Shown: one piece after another, positions 1-9,973 of the stretch
Layout of the letters: every line of letters starts with the position of its first letter
How positions within the stretch are numbered: the stretch's first letter is position 1
Source of the DNA: Leptospira sp.
GTDB lineage: Bacteria; Spirochaetota; Leptospiria; Leptospirales; Leptospiraceae
NCBI GenBank assembly: GCA_034439575.1
Contig: JAWXAQ010000012.1
Coordinates: 128,001 to 192,000, forward strand
Length of the DNA stretch: 64,000 nt
Direction of reading: 5' to 3'
Position numbers and translations under genes: made by a program
The notes under the pieces: model-generated
Seen by the model: only the letters and a program-made list of their open reading frames with translations
Database searches by the model: none
Told to the model about the DNA's origin: nothing

Positions 1-2
1 TC

Positions 3-506
3 GGTATCACTGCGAAAGGTGCATACGATCATCTCAAAGCCGTAGAAAAAAAAGGCTTTATCCGCACTTCAAAAAACCAAAGTCGTGCCATTGAACTTTT
101 AAAAGGAAACCAAGACGAAGCCTTACTTGTTAGGGCTTCAGGCATTCCGCTCCTTGGCCAAGTAGCGGCAGGATCGCCTATACTTGCCGAAGAAAACATC
201 GAAGAATACATTGCTGTTCCTGATGATCTAGCGACAAAACCTGGTACCTTCGCTCTTCGCGTGAAAGGCGATTCCATGATTGAAGCAGGTATTAGTGATG
301 GAGACATTGCCATTATCCAAAAAAAAGATTCAGCTAGGAATGGCGAAATCGTAGTCGCACTCATAGAAAATGAAGCTACCTTAAAAGTTTTTTATAAAGA
401 AGCAGATCATATTCGTTTAGAACCTAGAAATGCAAAATTAAAACCTATCAAAACAAAGAAAGCGAGCATTATCGGAAAGCTCATTGGACTTTACCGAATT
501 TACTGA
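3..506 (+). CDS. lexA: LexA repressor (5'-truncated by window edge)
   Basis: Frame 3 is open from the window start: GITAKGAYDHLKAVEKKGFI (wHTH end), VAAG cleavage site, GDSM catalytic Ser, ATLK catalytic Lys. Confidence 0.95.
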   Translation, partial: GITAKGAYDHLKAVEKKGFIRTSKNQSRAIELLKGNQDEALLVRASGIPLLGQVAAGSPILAEENIEEYIAVPDDLATKPGTFALRVKGDSMIEAGISDGDIAIIQKKDSARNGEIVVALIENEATLKVFYKEADHIRLEPRNAKLKPIKTKKASIIGKLIGLYRIY

Positions 507-543
507 TTGACCCACGCCGAAGCCTGAAACAAGGTTTCGGGGT

Positions 544-840
544 ATGTTACTTAAAAAGCCAAGGTTTCGCTTTTTTGCCATTTTGATTTTATCTTCCCTT
601 TTTCTGCTTTGTGCTCCAAAGAAAGAAATCATCTCAGAATATGATATGAAACGAGTTATGGAACGTTTTGCCCAAAGCCGTATCCAAACAGGCATCACGA
701 GCGATACGGACAAACCAGCTCCTTCCGATGTATCTTTATTTGAAGAAGCATGTGATGTCTATAGGCTCCCTGTCGAAAAAGCAAAAATCGCTTTAAAAGA
801 AAAAAATCCCGCTCTTTACGAATCAATTTACGGAAATTAA
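544..840 (+). CDS. Small putative lipoprotein (LA_1448-like, lexA-adjacent)
   Basis: Basic N-terminus, hydrophobic stretch and Cys (LFLLC); position between lexA and an S41 peptidase as recalled for Leptospira. Confidence 0.75.
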   Translation: MLLKKPRFRFFAILILSSLFLLCAPKKEIISEYDMKRVMERFAQSRIQTGITSDTDKPAPSDVSLFEEACDVYRLPVEKAKIALKEKNPALYESIYGN

Positions 841-846
841 ATCAAA

Positions 847-2217
847 ATGAAAAACAAAGAAAGAATTGTATGGATCTCTCTCGTCCTTTTCCTTTTTGGA
901 CTTCTGATATTTTCTCCCTTACAAAAAGTAAAAGCTATATCCGCTGAAGGAGAGGCATACTTGCAGGTGTTACATGAAGTGATTGCTTTTATCGAGAATG
1001 ACTTTGTGGACAATGCGGATGAAAAAAAGATTTATGTAGGAGCCATACAAGGCGCCTTGCAGAGCCTAGGTGATCCTCATTCTAGGTTTTTAGACAAAGA
1101 TGAATTTTTAGAAATGCAAAATGAAACCAAAGGAACCTTTGGTGGGATCGGTGTGGAAGTCAGTTTTCAAGATGGAGCTTTTATTATCATTGCCCCATTA
1201 GAAGGCACCCCTGCATGGAAAGCTGGATTACTTCCGCAAGATCGGATCATAGAAATCAACGGCAAACAAACAAAAAATGTCTCACAAGCAGATTCAATTA
1301 GCATGATGCGTGGGGAAGTTGGATCTTCATTGACTATGAAAATTGAAAGAAAAGGAATCAAAGAACCAATTTCAGTCAATTTGATCAGAGAACTCATAAA
1401 AATCCAATACATTCGTTCCGCGTATTTATCAGAATCAAATACAGGTTATGTGAAGCTTGCTCAGTTTATGGGTAGAGAAAATACTGCCAAAGAATTTGCT
1501 TCACACATTGAAAAACAAATAAGCGCGGGTGCCAAACAATTGGTCATTGATTTGCGAATGAATCCAGGTGGCTTAGTTGATTTGAGTGTGGAACTGGCAA
1601 ATATGTTTTTACCTGCCAATAAAGAAATTTTATCGGTGAGGGGAAGGGGTGGAATCCTTATCAAAACATTTCGCTCTGATAAGGGAGATCATAAATTTCT
1701 GGATATTCCTGTTGCAATTTTAGTTAACAATGGTTCTGCGAGTGCCTCCGAGATTTTGGCTGGTGCCTTACAAGACAATGGTCGTGCCAAAATTGTAGGA
1801 ACACAAAGTTTTGGTAAAGGTTCAGTCCAATCTATTTTCCCACTTTCACATAAGACGGGTGTGGCGATCACCATTCAAAAATATTTTACACCCTCAGGAA
1901 AATCTATCCATGGAAAAGGTATTACACCAGATTTAGTTGTGCAACCGATTTCTGCCACAGAAGATGAAAGATATGTGATAGAAAAATTGCATAAAAAATC
2001 AAAACTAAGAACATTTTTCAATGAACATTCGGAATTCAACGAAACAGCTGTTAAAGATTTCCAAGAATTATTAAATTCTGAAAAATTAAGTTTATCTGAG
2101 CCTGTGACACGATTGTATTTATTCAATGAGCTTAGATCTACAAAAACAAATCATATTCCAAATGTTGAATTAGATTTGCAATTAAAGGATGCCATAGGGC
2201 TTTTGAAACAAAAATAA
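847..2217 (+). CDS. ctpA: S41 family carboxyl-terminal processing protease
   Basis: GDPHS, PDZ GIGV, IDLRMNPGG, SASASEI catalytic Ser, SFGKGSVQ. Confidence 0.93.
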   Translation: MKNKERIVWISLVLFLFGLLIFSPLQKVKAISAEGEAYLQVLHEVIAFIENDFVDNADEKKIYVGAIQGALQSLGDPHSRFLDKDEFLEMQNETKGTFGGIGVEVSFQDGAFIIIAPLEGTPAWKAGLLPQDRIIEINGKQTKNVSQADSISMMRGEVGSSLTMKIERKGIKEPISVNLIRELIKIQYIRSAYLSESNTGYVKLAQFMGRENTAKEFASHIEKQISAGAKQLVIDLRMNPGGLVDLSVELANMFLPANKEILSVRGRGGILIKTFRSDKGDHKFLDIPVAILVNNGSASASEILAGALQDNGRAKIVGTQSFGKGSVQSIFPLSHKTGVAITIQKYFTPSGKSIHGKGITPDLVVQPISATEDERYVIEKLHKKSKLRTFFNEHSEFNETAVKDFQELLNSEKLSLSEPVTRLYLFNELRSTKTNHIPNVELDLQLKDAIGLLKQK

Positions 2218-2220
2218 AAA

Positions 2221-3249
2221 ATGTATGGTTTAGGAATTGAATCAAGTTGTGACGAAACTTCACTTTCCATAGTAAAAAATGGAACTGAACTCATTGCCCT
2301 TAAAATACATAGCCAAATAGAAAACCATGCACCTTACAGAGGTGTAGTTCCAGAACTTGCCTCTCGTGCTCATTTGGAAAAAATCAACAGCTTACTTGAG
2401 TTAACTCTTCAGGAGGCTGGACTCGGTATGGAAGAAATTTCCTATGTGGCCGTGACGGCGTATCCTGGACTTATGGGTTCACTACTTATCGGCGCTCAGA
2501 TGGCTCGTTGTATATCACTTGTTTATGATATTCCCATCATTCCTGTGAATCACCTAGAAGCCCATTTCGCTGTGATTAGTTTGGAAAGAGAACTGCCCGC
2601 GTTTCCGATGTTAGGTGTTTTGTTATCAGGTGGGAATTCGTCGATTTATAAATACCAGGGTTACGGAAATTTAGAACTACTTGGGGATACTATGGATGAT
2701 GCACTGGGGGAAGCATTTGATAAAGTGAGTGCTATCTTAGGGCTTCCTTATCCTGGCGGACCTTATATCGAGAAGGAAGCCATTTCTTATATTGCAAACA
2801 ATGTAGATAAAACGGATTCTTATTTTCCCAAACTCTTAAAAGATTCACCCCAAGACAAAATCCAATTTTCGTTTAGCGGTCTAAAAACCGCCGTGCTTTA
2901 TCATTGTAAGGACAATAAAGACCAATTGGACATACCTAAAATTTGTTTTGATTTTCAAAATTCTGCTTTTGAGTTAGTCCTTCGCAATGTCAAAAAAGCA
3001 GTGAATTTAACAGGGATTTCAGAGATTCTTTTTGCAGGGGGCGTTCTTGCGAATGGAACACTTCGTAACCAAATTGAAAAAATTGCCAGTTCAGAAAAAT
3101 GGTCAGTCTATTTTCCGGAGAAAAAAATTTACTGCACGGACAATGGTGCGATGGTAGCATGTCTTGGATACTATCTATGGAAACTCGGGAAACAAGCTCC
3201 TATTGATTTTATGGTTTCTCCACGATTAAATTTAAACAAAGTTATATGA
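2221..3249 (+). CDS. tsaD: tRNA t6A37 threonylcarbamoyltransferase TsaD
   Basis: GIESSCDET, GVVPELASRAH, HLEAH, DDALGEAFDK, FSFSGLKT, CTDNGAMV. Confidence 0.96.
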   Translation: MYGLGIESSCDETSLSIVKNGTELIALKIHSQIENHAPYRGVVPELASRAHLEKINSLLELTLQEAGLGMEEISYVAVTAYPGLMGSLLIGAQMARCISLVYDIPIIPVNHLEAHFAVISLERELPAFPMLGVLLSGGNSSIYKYQGYGNLELLGDTMDDALGEAFDKVSAILGLPYPGGPYIEKEAISYIANNVDKTDSYFPKLLKDSPQDKIQFSFSGLKTAVLYHCKDNKDQLDIPKICFDFQNSAFELVLRNVKKAVNLTGISEILFAGGVLANGTLRNQIEKIASSEKWSVYFPEKKIYCTDNGAMVACLGYYLWKLGKQAPIDFMVSPRLNLNKVI

Positions 3250-4001
3250 AGAAAAAATTAGCCTGGATTCCAAATACCCTTACACTTGGCAACCTAACCC
3301 TTGGATTTGTTGCTATGCTTACTGCTTCTGAAGTGGGACTGAACGCTTCTGACCCGAATGACTTATTTGCCCTATCGGGTATCTTTATCATCTTAGCGGC
3401 TCTCTTTGATGGATTTGATGGTATGGCGGCACGAGCCTTGGATGCAACAACCGAACTAGGAGCAGACTTAGATAGCCTTGCTGATCTAACAACTTTCGGA
3501 ATCGCTCCTGGCATCCTTACCTACAAAATGTTTTTGGATGAGTACAAATTGGATTTTTTTGGACGCCCTGAATTTTTTCCGATAGGGATGTTGATTGCGG
3601 CTTTATTTCCAATATGCGCTGCTTATCGTTTGGCTCGTTTCAATGTAGTTCATGACCCTACTTTTTTTCAAGGACTACCATCACCCGTGGCCGGTGTTGT
3701 TGTGGGAATTTTTCCTCTCGTGTTTCATCCCGATCAAGTATCTAAACCTCTTGCGATTGGTTTTTTTGTTCTCACAGCACTTCTTATGGTATCTACAATT
3801 CGTTATTCAAAACCACAAGTCGCGATTCGCGGTAAATTTAGTTGGAAAAAAATTGCGATTGCATTGACTGGTCTCACGATACTCGTGTTAGCTGTTGGGT
3901 TTTATAGATGGCCGTATTTTCTTTACGGGGCAGTGGGTTTTTATGTTTTTTCAGGGATTGTATCTTTTGTCATTCATACAATCCAAGAACTGCGCGTTTA
4001 G
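3246..4001 (+). CDS. pssA: CDP-diacylglycerol-serine O-phosphatidyltransferase
   Basis: PNTLTLGN, DGFDGMAAR..GADLDSLAD motif, RLARFN, FQGLPSP; ATGA overlap with tsaD. Confidence 0.88.
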   Translation: MKKKLAWIPNTLTLGNLTLGFVAMLTASEVGLNASDPNDLFALSGIFIILAALFDGFDGMAARALDATTELGADLDSLADLTTFGIAPGILTYKMFLDEYKLDFFGRPEFFPIGMLIAALFPICAAYRLARFNVVHDPTFFQGLPSPVAGVVVGIFPLVFHPDQVSKPLAIGFFVLTALLMVSTIRYSKPQVAIRGKFSWKKIAIALTGLTILVLAVGFYRWPYFLYGAVGFYVFSGIVSFVIHTIQELRV

Positions 4002-4002
4002 A

Positions 4003-4308
4003 TTAGGAAATATTAAAAATATCCATAAGGTTAGATATGGTAAAAATAGTTTTTACCTCGTTTGACATATTGATGATACGAATCGAACCTTGTTTTTCTT
4101 TGGTCCAACTGTAAGTATGCAGAAGAATACCGATTCCAGAAGAATCGAGAAAATTTAATTTTGCAAAATCTAAAGTCAGACTTTTGACCCCAGAATCACG
4201 TAGGGCGATCAGCTCTTTTTTTAAGTTGCTTGTATCTTTTACGGATAGATTTCCGATAAAATGCAAAGTAGCCGATTCGCCTTCCCTATTAATTTTAAAT
4301 TCAAACAT
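4003..4308 (-). CDS. STAS-domain anti-sigma factor antagonist
   Basis: LDFAKLNFLDSSGIGILL motif; start chosen at MFEFKI (alternative 4323). Confidence 0.85.
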   Translation of the reverse strand: MFEFKINREGESATLHFIGNLSVKDTSNLKKELIALRDSGVKSLTLDFAKLNFLDSSGIGILLHTYSWTKEKQGSIRIINMSNEVKTIFTISNLMDIFNIS

Positions 4309-4393
4309 AACCAAAGTTACCATTCCTTCATAAACTAAGCGAATCAATCAAAAAACGTTTGATTTTTGGAAAAAGGATTCTAGAAAAAGGATA

Positions 4394-5350
4394 ATGAAAA
4401 TCAAATTCTGGGGAGTTCGTGGTTCCATAGGATCTCCTATTCGTCCGGAGGGAGTTAAACAAAAAGTACATAAACTTCTCTCTCTCGTCAGACCGACAGA
4501 TATCCAGAACGAACAAAGCATCACAAAATTTTTAGATTCATTAAGTTTCTCCGCTTCATCAACTTATGGTGGTAATACGACCTGCGTAGAAATTCGAGAT
4601 AAAGAAAACAATCTCATTATTATTGATGGGGGGACTGGGCTTCGGGAACTTGGGAACTCACTGATGGCGTCTGGTTTTGGAAAAACGGGGGGGCATGCGC
4701 ATTGGATTTTGACTCATACCCATTGGGATCATATACAAGGCATTCCATTTTTTGTTCCCTTATTTATTCCGACAAATGAATTCGAATTTATTTCCTCATT
4801 TGAAGATTTGGAAGCTCGATTCCAGCATCAATTTGTTTTTACACATTTCCCTGTTTCCTTTGATCATTATTCAGCAAAAAAGAAGTTCTCACATATACCA
4901 GAGGGTCAAGAATTTTCGCTTGGCCCCCATATAACAGCGTTTAGTAAATCGGTTCGTCATCCTGGCGGAAGTTATTCATATCGATTTACTGAAAATGGTA
5001 AGTCTATCATTTTTGCATCTGACGCAGAGTTTAACTTAGATGAGATGGAAAATATTGAAACATATATAGATTATTTTCGAGATGCTGATATACTTGTTTT
5101 TGATACACAATACACATTTGAAGAATCTTTACAAAAAATTGACTGGGGTCATAGTTCCGCTTCAATGGCGACAGACATTGCCCTTAGAGCAAAAGTAAAA
5201 AAATTGGTCATGTTTCATCATGATCCATCGTATGACGACGAGAAGTTGGATCTAGTGTATTTACGAGCTCTCAAATACAAAGAGATGTTTGATCCACATG
5301 GAAAATTGGAGATTATTATGGCTCATGAAAACTTAGAATTGGAGGTATAA
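4394..5350 (+). CDS. MBL-fold metallo-hydrolase
   Basis: FWGVRGS, YGGNTTC, IDGGTG, THTHWDH, WGHS, FHHDP. Confidence 0.9.
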   Translation: MKIKFWGVRGSIGSPIRPEGVKQKVHKLLSLVRPTDIQNEQSITKFLDSLSFSASSTYGGNTTCVEIRDKENNLIIIDGGTGLRELGNSLMASGFGKTGGHAHWILTHTHWDHIQGIPFFVPLFIPTNEFEFISSFEDLEARFQHQFVFTHFPVSFDHYSAKKKFSHIPEGQEFSLGPHITAFSKSVRHPGGSYSYRFTENGKSIIFASDAEFNLDEMENIETYIDYFRDADILVFDTQYTFEESLQKIDWGHSSASMATDIALRAKVKKLVMFHHDPSYDDEKLDLVYLRALKYKEMFDPHGKLEIIMAHENLELEV

Positions 5351-5351
5351 A

Positions 5352-6848
5352 ATGGCAAAAAAATCTTATATAATTGGTATTGATGCAGGAACTACTGGGA
5401 TACGTACATTTTGTTTTGATGACAAGGGTAAGGTGATATCCTCCGCATATGAAGAGTTTAAACAATACTATCCAAAACCAGGTTGGGTAGAACATGACGC
5501 GGAAGAAATTTGGACAAAAACACAAAAGCTAATCGGATCTGCCATTCGCAAAGGTAAATTAAATCCGAAAGATGCTGTCGCCATTGGTATAACAAATCAA
5601 CGTGAAACATCTGTTGTGTGGGATCGTAAATCAGGCAAACCGATTTACAAAGCTATCGTTTGGCAGTGTCGCCGAACATCCGATATCTGTAAAAAATTAA
5701 AAGAACAAAGTTTAGAAGGCACCTTCCGCAATAAAACGGGTCTAGTTGTAGACGCCTATTTTTCTGGAACCAAAATCCAGTGGATATTGGACAATGTCAA
5801 AGGTGCGAGAGACAAAGCAGAAAAAGACGAATTGATGTTTGGTACAATTGATACTTGGTTATTGTACAAATTGACAGGTCATAAAGAACATAAAACAGAC
5901 CATACAAATGCATCCAGAACTCTTCTTTTTAATATCCAAACCAAAGAATGGGATGAGGAACTTTGTCAAATTCTACGTGTTCCAAAATCTATGTTACCGG
6001 AAGCATATAACTCTCGTAATCTATTTGGTTTTACTGCGAAAGTGAAATCTTTACCTGATGGGATTCCTATTTCTTCACTTGTAGGTGACCAACAAGGAGC
6101 ACTTTTTGGTCAACTTTGCACAGAACCCGGCGAAGCAAAAAATACTTACGGTACAGGTTGTTTTTTCTTATTCAATGTCGGCGAAGAATTTCGAATCTCT
6201 AACCAAGGTTTGATTACGACTTTGGCGCTTGGCCCAGAAGGAAAGACTGTTTATTGTTTGGAAGGATCTGTCTTTATCGGCGGAGCAGTCGTTCAATTCT
6301 TGCGGGATAACTTAGAATTTTTTAGTGCATCAAAAGATTCTGAAAAATTAGTAAAGGCTATAAAAACAAAGGATGATATTGTATTTGTTCCCGCCTTCGC
6401 AGGCCTTGGCGCCCCCCACTGGGACCAGGAAGCGCGAGGTGCGATCTTTGGACTCTCAAGGGATACAACTTCAGCACAAATTACAAGGGCGGCACTCAAA
6501 GCGATCGCCTTACAATCCTATGAGCTAGCCCATGCGATGGAAAGAGAAACTGGCAAACCTTTGAAATTTTTAAGAGTAGATGGTGGAGCTACCTCCAATG
6601 CTTGGCTTATGCAATTCCAAGCTGACATCCTTGGAACAAAAGTAATTCGTCCCTCAAACGTTGATACGACTGTCCTCGGTGCCGCATATCTTGCAGGCCT
6701 TGAAAGAGGTTTTTATAAAAGTGTGGCGGCCTTAAAAAAATTGGAAACTAAGAATACCGAGTTCACACCTAAAATGAAAGATGCGGATCGCCAAGAAGAA
6801 ATTAAAAAATGGAACTGGGCTATCGAGAGGGTCAAAACAACTTCTTAG
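5352..6848 (+). CDS. glpK: Glycerol kinase
   Basis: IDAGTTG, GITNQRET, AIVWQCRRT, YFSGTK, GDQQ, KNTYGTGCF, LRVDGGA. Confidence 0.97.
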   Translation: MAKKSYIIGIDAGTTGIRTFCFDDKGKVISSAYEEFKQYYPKPGWVEHDAEEIWTKTQKLIGSAIRKGKLNPKDAVAIGITNQRETSVVWDRKSGKPIYKAIVWQCRRTSDICKKLKEQSLEGTFRNKTGLVVDAYFSGTKIQWILDNVKGARDKAEKDELMFGTIDTWLLYKLTGHKEHKTDHTNASRTLLFNIQTKEWDEELCQILRVPKSMLPEAYNSRNLFGFTAKVKSLPDGIPISSLVGDQQGALFGQLCTEPGEAKNTYGTGCFFLFNVGEEFRISNQGLITTLALGPEGKTVYCLEGSVFIGGAVVQFLRDNLEFFSASKDSEKLVKAIKTKDDIVFVPAFAGLGAPHWDQEARGAIFGLSRDTTSAQITRAALKAIALQSYELAHAMERETGKPLKFLRVDGGATSNAWLMQFQADILGTKVIRPSNVDTTVLGAAYLAGLERGFYKSVAALKKLETKNTEFTPKMKDADRQEEIKKWNWAIERVKTTS

Positions 6849-8122
6849 TATTCAAACCATTGCAATACAAATTCGAAAGCCTTTCGATCTTTGGAAATTC
6901 CACCACCTAGCACAAATCGACCATTTGTGTAAAAGGGTATTTCCAATATTAGGTCGGGAGGCAAACGATGAAAAACAAATGGTTCCCATTCTTTCTTTGA
7001 AATAAACCAATCAAATCTTAATACTTCGATCCATTCCGTTGTTCTAAAATATAATTTATTTTTTCCCACTCCGTAAAATTCAATCCCTTCACCTAATTTC
7101 CAAAAGTTGATCTTTTTTGAATCTTCAAAGGGGATTTTTATTTGTTGGTTCAATTCACTCAATTTTTCTGAATAAGTAGTAACATAGTCATTTTCATAAT
7201 AAATATTTCTAGAAAACTTTTTGTACAATTCTGTTTCAAGAATTTCTAAAAATCCTTCTCCAGGTTCTGGTTTTAACACAGGAGATTTTTTAATCATCTC
7301 CAGTTTGTTTTTTGAGACAGATCTTTCTAAGATCGAACGAACTGGGGGTGAGAGATGGGGAAGTGCAAATTTGATTTTACGTTCATCCATGGAGGAGATA
7401 AAATTTTGCAAAAATGGTCCATGAATGAGCGGAATCAGTTCAGCAGAAAACATACTTTTACTTAAAAAAATAGCAAACTCCTTCTCATAAGAAAAAAGAT
7501 TCGCTATGATTTTATATTCTTCTGAGTGAGTTCCTGAATATAGGATTTTCACAAGGCGGAAAAGATAGGTTTTACTTTTTTTATCAAAGTACAATTCTTC
7601 AATTTTTTGGATCACTTCTTCTTCGGAAAAATTGGGATTCACTATATCTCTTAGTGAAATGTATTTTGCTGATCCATATTTAGTTCGCTTGGTATGCGTT
7701 AGCTGAAAAATTTGATTATCGCGAATCCCTCCGATTTGAATTGTCTCGTGATCATCTAGACTGATTTTAAACGGAAGTTTTGAGGGAGCAGGAAATTCAT
7801 TGGATAGAATTTTTTGAACAGCTTGTCCTTTTTGATCTAAGTAAAATGTTCTATCAGGCAATTTGATTTGAGAGATGATTTTTTTTCCCGTATATTGAAT
7901 GTATGTTGGTGTAAATATGACATTGGAAGGGTATGATATACGATTCCATTCGATGTTATATAAAAATTGAGGAATAACCAAGGGATCACTCGTGATTGAA
8001 GGAAGTGCTTCTGGTTTTTCACGGAGGAAAGGGTAAAAGGGATTGATATCACTTTGGACTCTGGCAACAGAATCCAAATTTGCAAAAAAGAAATGATAGT
8101 TTTTTCCGAGTTTGTGAATCAA
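6845..8122 (-). CDS. Hypothetical protein with central FliG C-terminal-like segment
   Basis: LQNFISSMDERKIKFALPHLSPPVRSILERSVSKNKLEMIK resembles FliG-C helices; start overlaps the stop of the upstream 80-aa ORF. Confidence 0.65.
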   Translation of the reverse strand: MIHKLGKNYHFFFANLDSVARVQSDINPFYPFLREKPEALPSITSDPLVIPQFLYNIEWNRISYPSNVIFTPTYIQYTGKKIISQIKLPDRTFYLDQKGQAVQKILSNEFPAPSKLPFKISLDDHETIQIGGIRDNQIFQLTHTKRTKYGSAKYISLRDIVNPNFSEEEVIQKIEELYFDKKSKTYLFRLVKILYSGTHSEEYKIIANLFSYEKEFAIFLSKSMFSAELIPLIHGPFLQNFISSMDERKIKFALPHLSPPVRSILERSVSKNKLEMIKKSPVLKPEPGEGFLEILETELYKKFSRNIYYENDYVTTYSEKLSELNQQIKIPFEDSKKINFWKLGEGIEFYGVGKNKLYFRTTEWIEVLRFDWFISKKEWEPFVFHRLPPDLILEIPFYTNGRFVLGGGISKDRKAFEFVLQWFEY

Positions 8123-8361
8123 GGAGTTTGTTTTTTTAATTTTCTCTGTATTTTAATTCTGAATTTTTCCCAGTTATAATCTACTTTCAAATCAATAAAT
8201 TCTTGTTCGATGCCAAATCTCATAAAATCAAATATTTCTGTTTGGTCCATACCTACAACGATAGATAGGTCATTAATCACACGATCAAGCCTTCGTGCAT
8301 CACGATCACTTAGGTGAAAGGTTTCTAATAGTTGGATTTCAAAATCTGTAAGTTTGATCAA
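8119..8361 (-). CDS. Hypothetical protein (80 aa)
   Basis: Fills the gap in a tight minus-strand operon; TTG start preceded by AGGTGAG. Confidence 0.7.
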   Translation of the reverse strand: MIKLTDFEIQLLETFHLSDRDARRLDRVINDLSIVVGMDQTEIFDFMRFGIEQEFIDLKVDYNWEKFRIKIQRKLKKQTP

Positions 8362-8374
8362 AACAATTTCTCAC

Positions 8375-9541
8375 CTAGAAAGCTGCGACAAGTATCGTCT
8401 CTATCTCATTTTTCGGAAGTTCACGGGGAAGGCAATCGAGAAATGGATAGGTAGCAGCTAAGGTGGCGATGCCAGGTAAATCAATTTTTTTTACTTCATA
8501 CTCAGAGAGTCTTTGCGGAATTTTTAGTTCGAGATAAATTTTTCGAATCCCTTCCACCGCTTTAATTGCTGCTTCGATGACAGAGATATTTGTCACATCT
8601 TCATCAAGGGCTCGTGCTATCATAACATACTTACCAGCAGAAGATGTTAAATTGTATTCCATCACATGCGGAAGTAAGATCGACATAGCTTGGAAGATAT
8701 CAAGTGTTGTAATGGTTGTAACAGAAAGGGATAGCGCATAACAGAGACCAAGTGAACTTGTGGATTGTGCAATTCCCGCAAGTAAACTTGCCGCATAGAT
8801 GGAGTTTTTGGCACCTAAGTTTCTAGGTTCCCTTATGGCAGTCACAATGTTTTTTGAAATCAATTCGATCGCACGAAGGGCAGTGGAGGAAGTGATTTCA
8901 TTGGCATACTTTGAAAGTATGCTATCAACCGCCGCAGACAAAATGGCAATTCCTGTTTTGGCAGTATCCGTGGAAGACATACCAGCACCAATTTTGGGAT
9001 CAGAAACAATTAATTCAGGAAAAACCCATTCGTGAGCAAAGTATTTTCGATTTTTATCTTTATCATCAATCACAGAAAAAAATGGCGAACACTCATTGCC
9101 GAGAAGTGGTTTTGTGGGAACAGTGATTAAAGGTAATCCCCGTCTTTTTAATTGTTTTTTACCACTGACCAATTCTTCTGCAAATAGATCATTGGTCGCA
9201 AGAAGGGCGGCCGCTTTACCTGCGTTAATCGACTCAAAAGAGCCATAAGCAACAACACAATCGGCATTTGATATGCGAAGAAAATGTGCCGTCGAATCTA
9301 AATCTTTATAATGAACTCGGTCAACGATATCATCATATATGATCACACCTTCTGAATGTTTTTCTAAACTTGTTTTTATTATGGAAAGTTCTTCTGCATT
9401 TTCGAGTTCGCGTTGCGTAGCGATAAGAACAACTCTGGTTCCAATGTTTTTCACAAAGGAACCGAGTTTGTAACCACAATCTATTTCAAAGTGGATTTTA
9501 GGAGGAAATTGGAAGTTGATCCATTCCGGAAGGACTGGCAT
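8375..9541 (-). CDS. Iron-containing alcohol dehydrogenase-fold protein with degenerate catalytic motifs
   Basis: Family layout (PPKIHF, LITVPT..GNE, IVSDP, LLPHVMEYN, LKIPQRL) but GGGS and the Asp/His metal ligands are replaced; SD AGGAG. Confidence 0.85.
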   Translation of the reverse strand: MPVLPEWINFQFPPKIHFEIDCGYKLGSFVKNIGTRVVLIATQRELENAEELSIIKTSLEKHSEGVIIYDDIVDRVHYKDLDSTAHFLRISNADCVVAYGSFESINAGKAAALLATNDLFAEELVSGKKQLKRRGLPLITVPTKPLLGNECSPFFSVIDDKDKNRKYFAHEWVFPELIVSDPKIGAGMSSTDTAKTGIAILSAAVDSILSKYANEITSSTALRAIELISKNIVTAIREPRNLGAKNSIYAASLLAGIAQSTSSLGLCYALSLSVTTITTLDIFQAMSILLPHVMEYNLTSSAGKYVMIARALDEDVTNISVIEAAIKAVEGIRKIYLELKIPQRLSEYEVKKIDLPGIATLAATYPFLDCLPRELPKNEIETILVAAF

Positions 9542-9625
9542 ACAACACTCCTAGAGATAACGACACAAAGGTGACAACATCCAAACAGAGGACAATTCTT
9601 TAGGACCCCCCACCTCCGGTCCTAA

Positions 9626-9952
9626 TTATTGTTGTCCGAGAAAAGTAGATGCGATTTGATCAGAAATTTTATCTAACATTTCCGTAGAAAGGTTATCGTA
9701 ATCTCCGTTCTTCAAACGCTCTTTAACAGCCTTAATCTTTTCTGTTCTGTCTTCCTCTGGTGGCATAGACACGATTTGTTTTGCGATCTGTTTAACTTCA
9801 GATTGTAGCTTCGCTTCAGATGCGATTTTTTTAGCCGCATCGGAGATAGAAATTGTATCTACAGGACCAGTTGTTTCTGGTTTGGAAGGTGTATTTGTTT
9901 TTTTGGTTTCGTATCCAAAACCACCAACTCTTCCTATTTTATCGACGTTCAT
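9626..9952 (-). CDS. flgM: Anti-sigma28 factor FlgM
   Basis: DTISISDAAK and RTEKIKAVKERLKNGDY motifs; sigma28-type promoter upstream. Confidence 0.88.
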   Translation of the reverse strand: MNVDKIGRVGGFGYETKKTNTPSKPETTGPVDTISISDAAKKIASEAKLQSEVKQIAKQIVSMPPEEDRTEKIKAVKERLKNGDYDNLSTEMLDKISDQIASTFLGQQ

Positions 9953-9973
9953 AGTATTTGTCCTCTTACTACT

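Noticed and set aside
608-620. TTTG-N5-CAAA match to the reported Leptospira LexA box
   Set aside because: Inside a CDS, only 8 specified bases, and expected often by chance in AT-rich DNA
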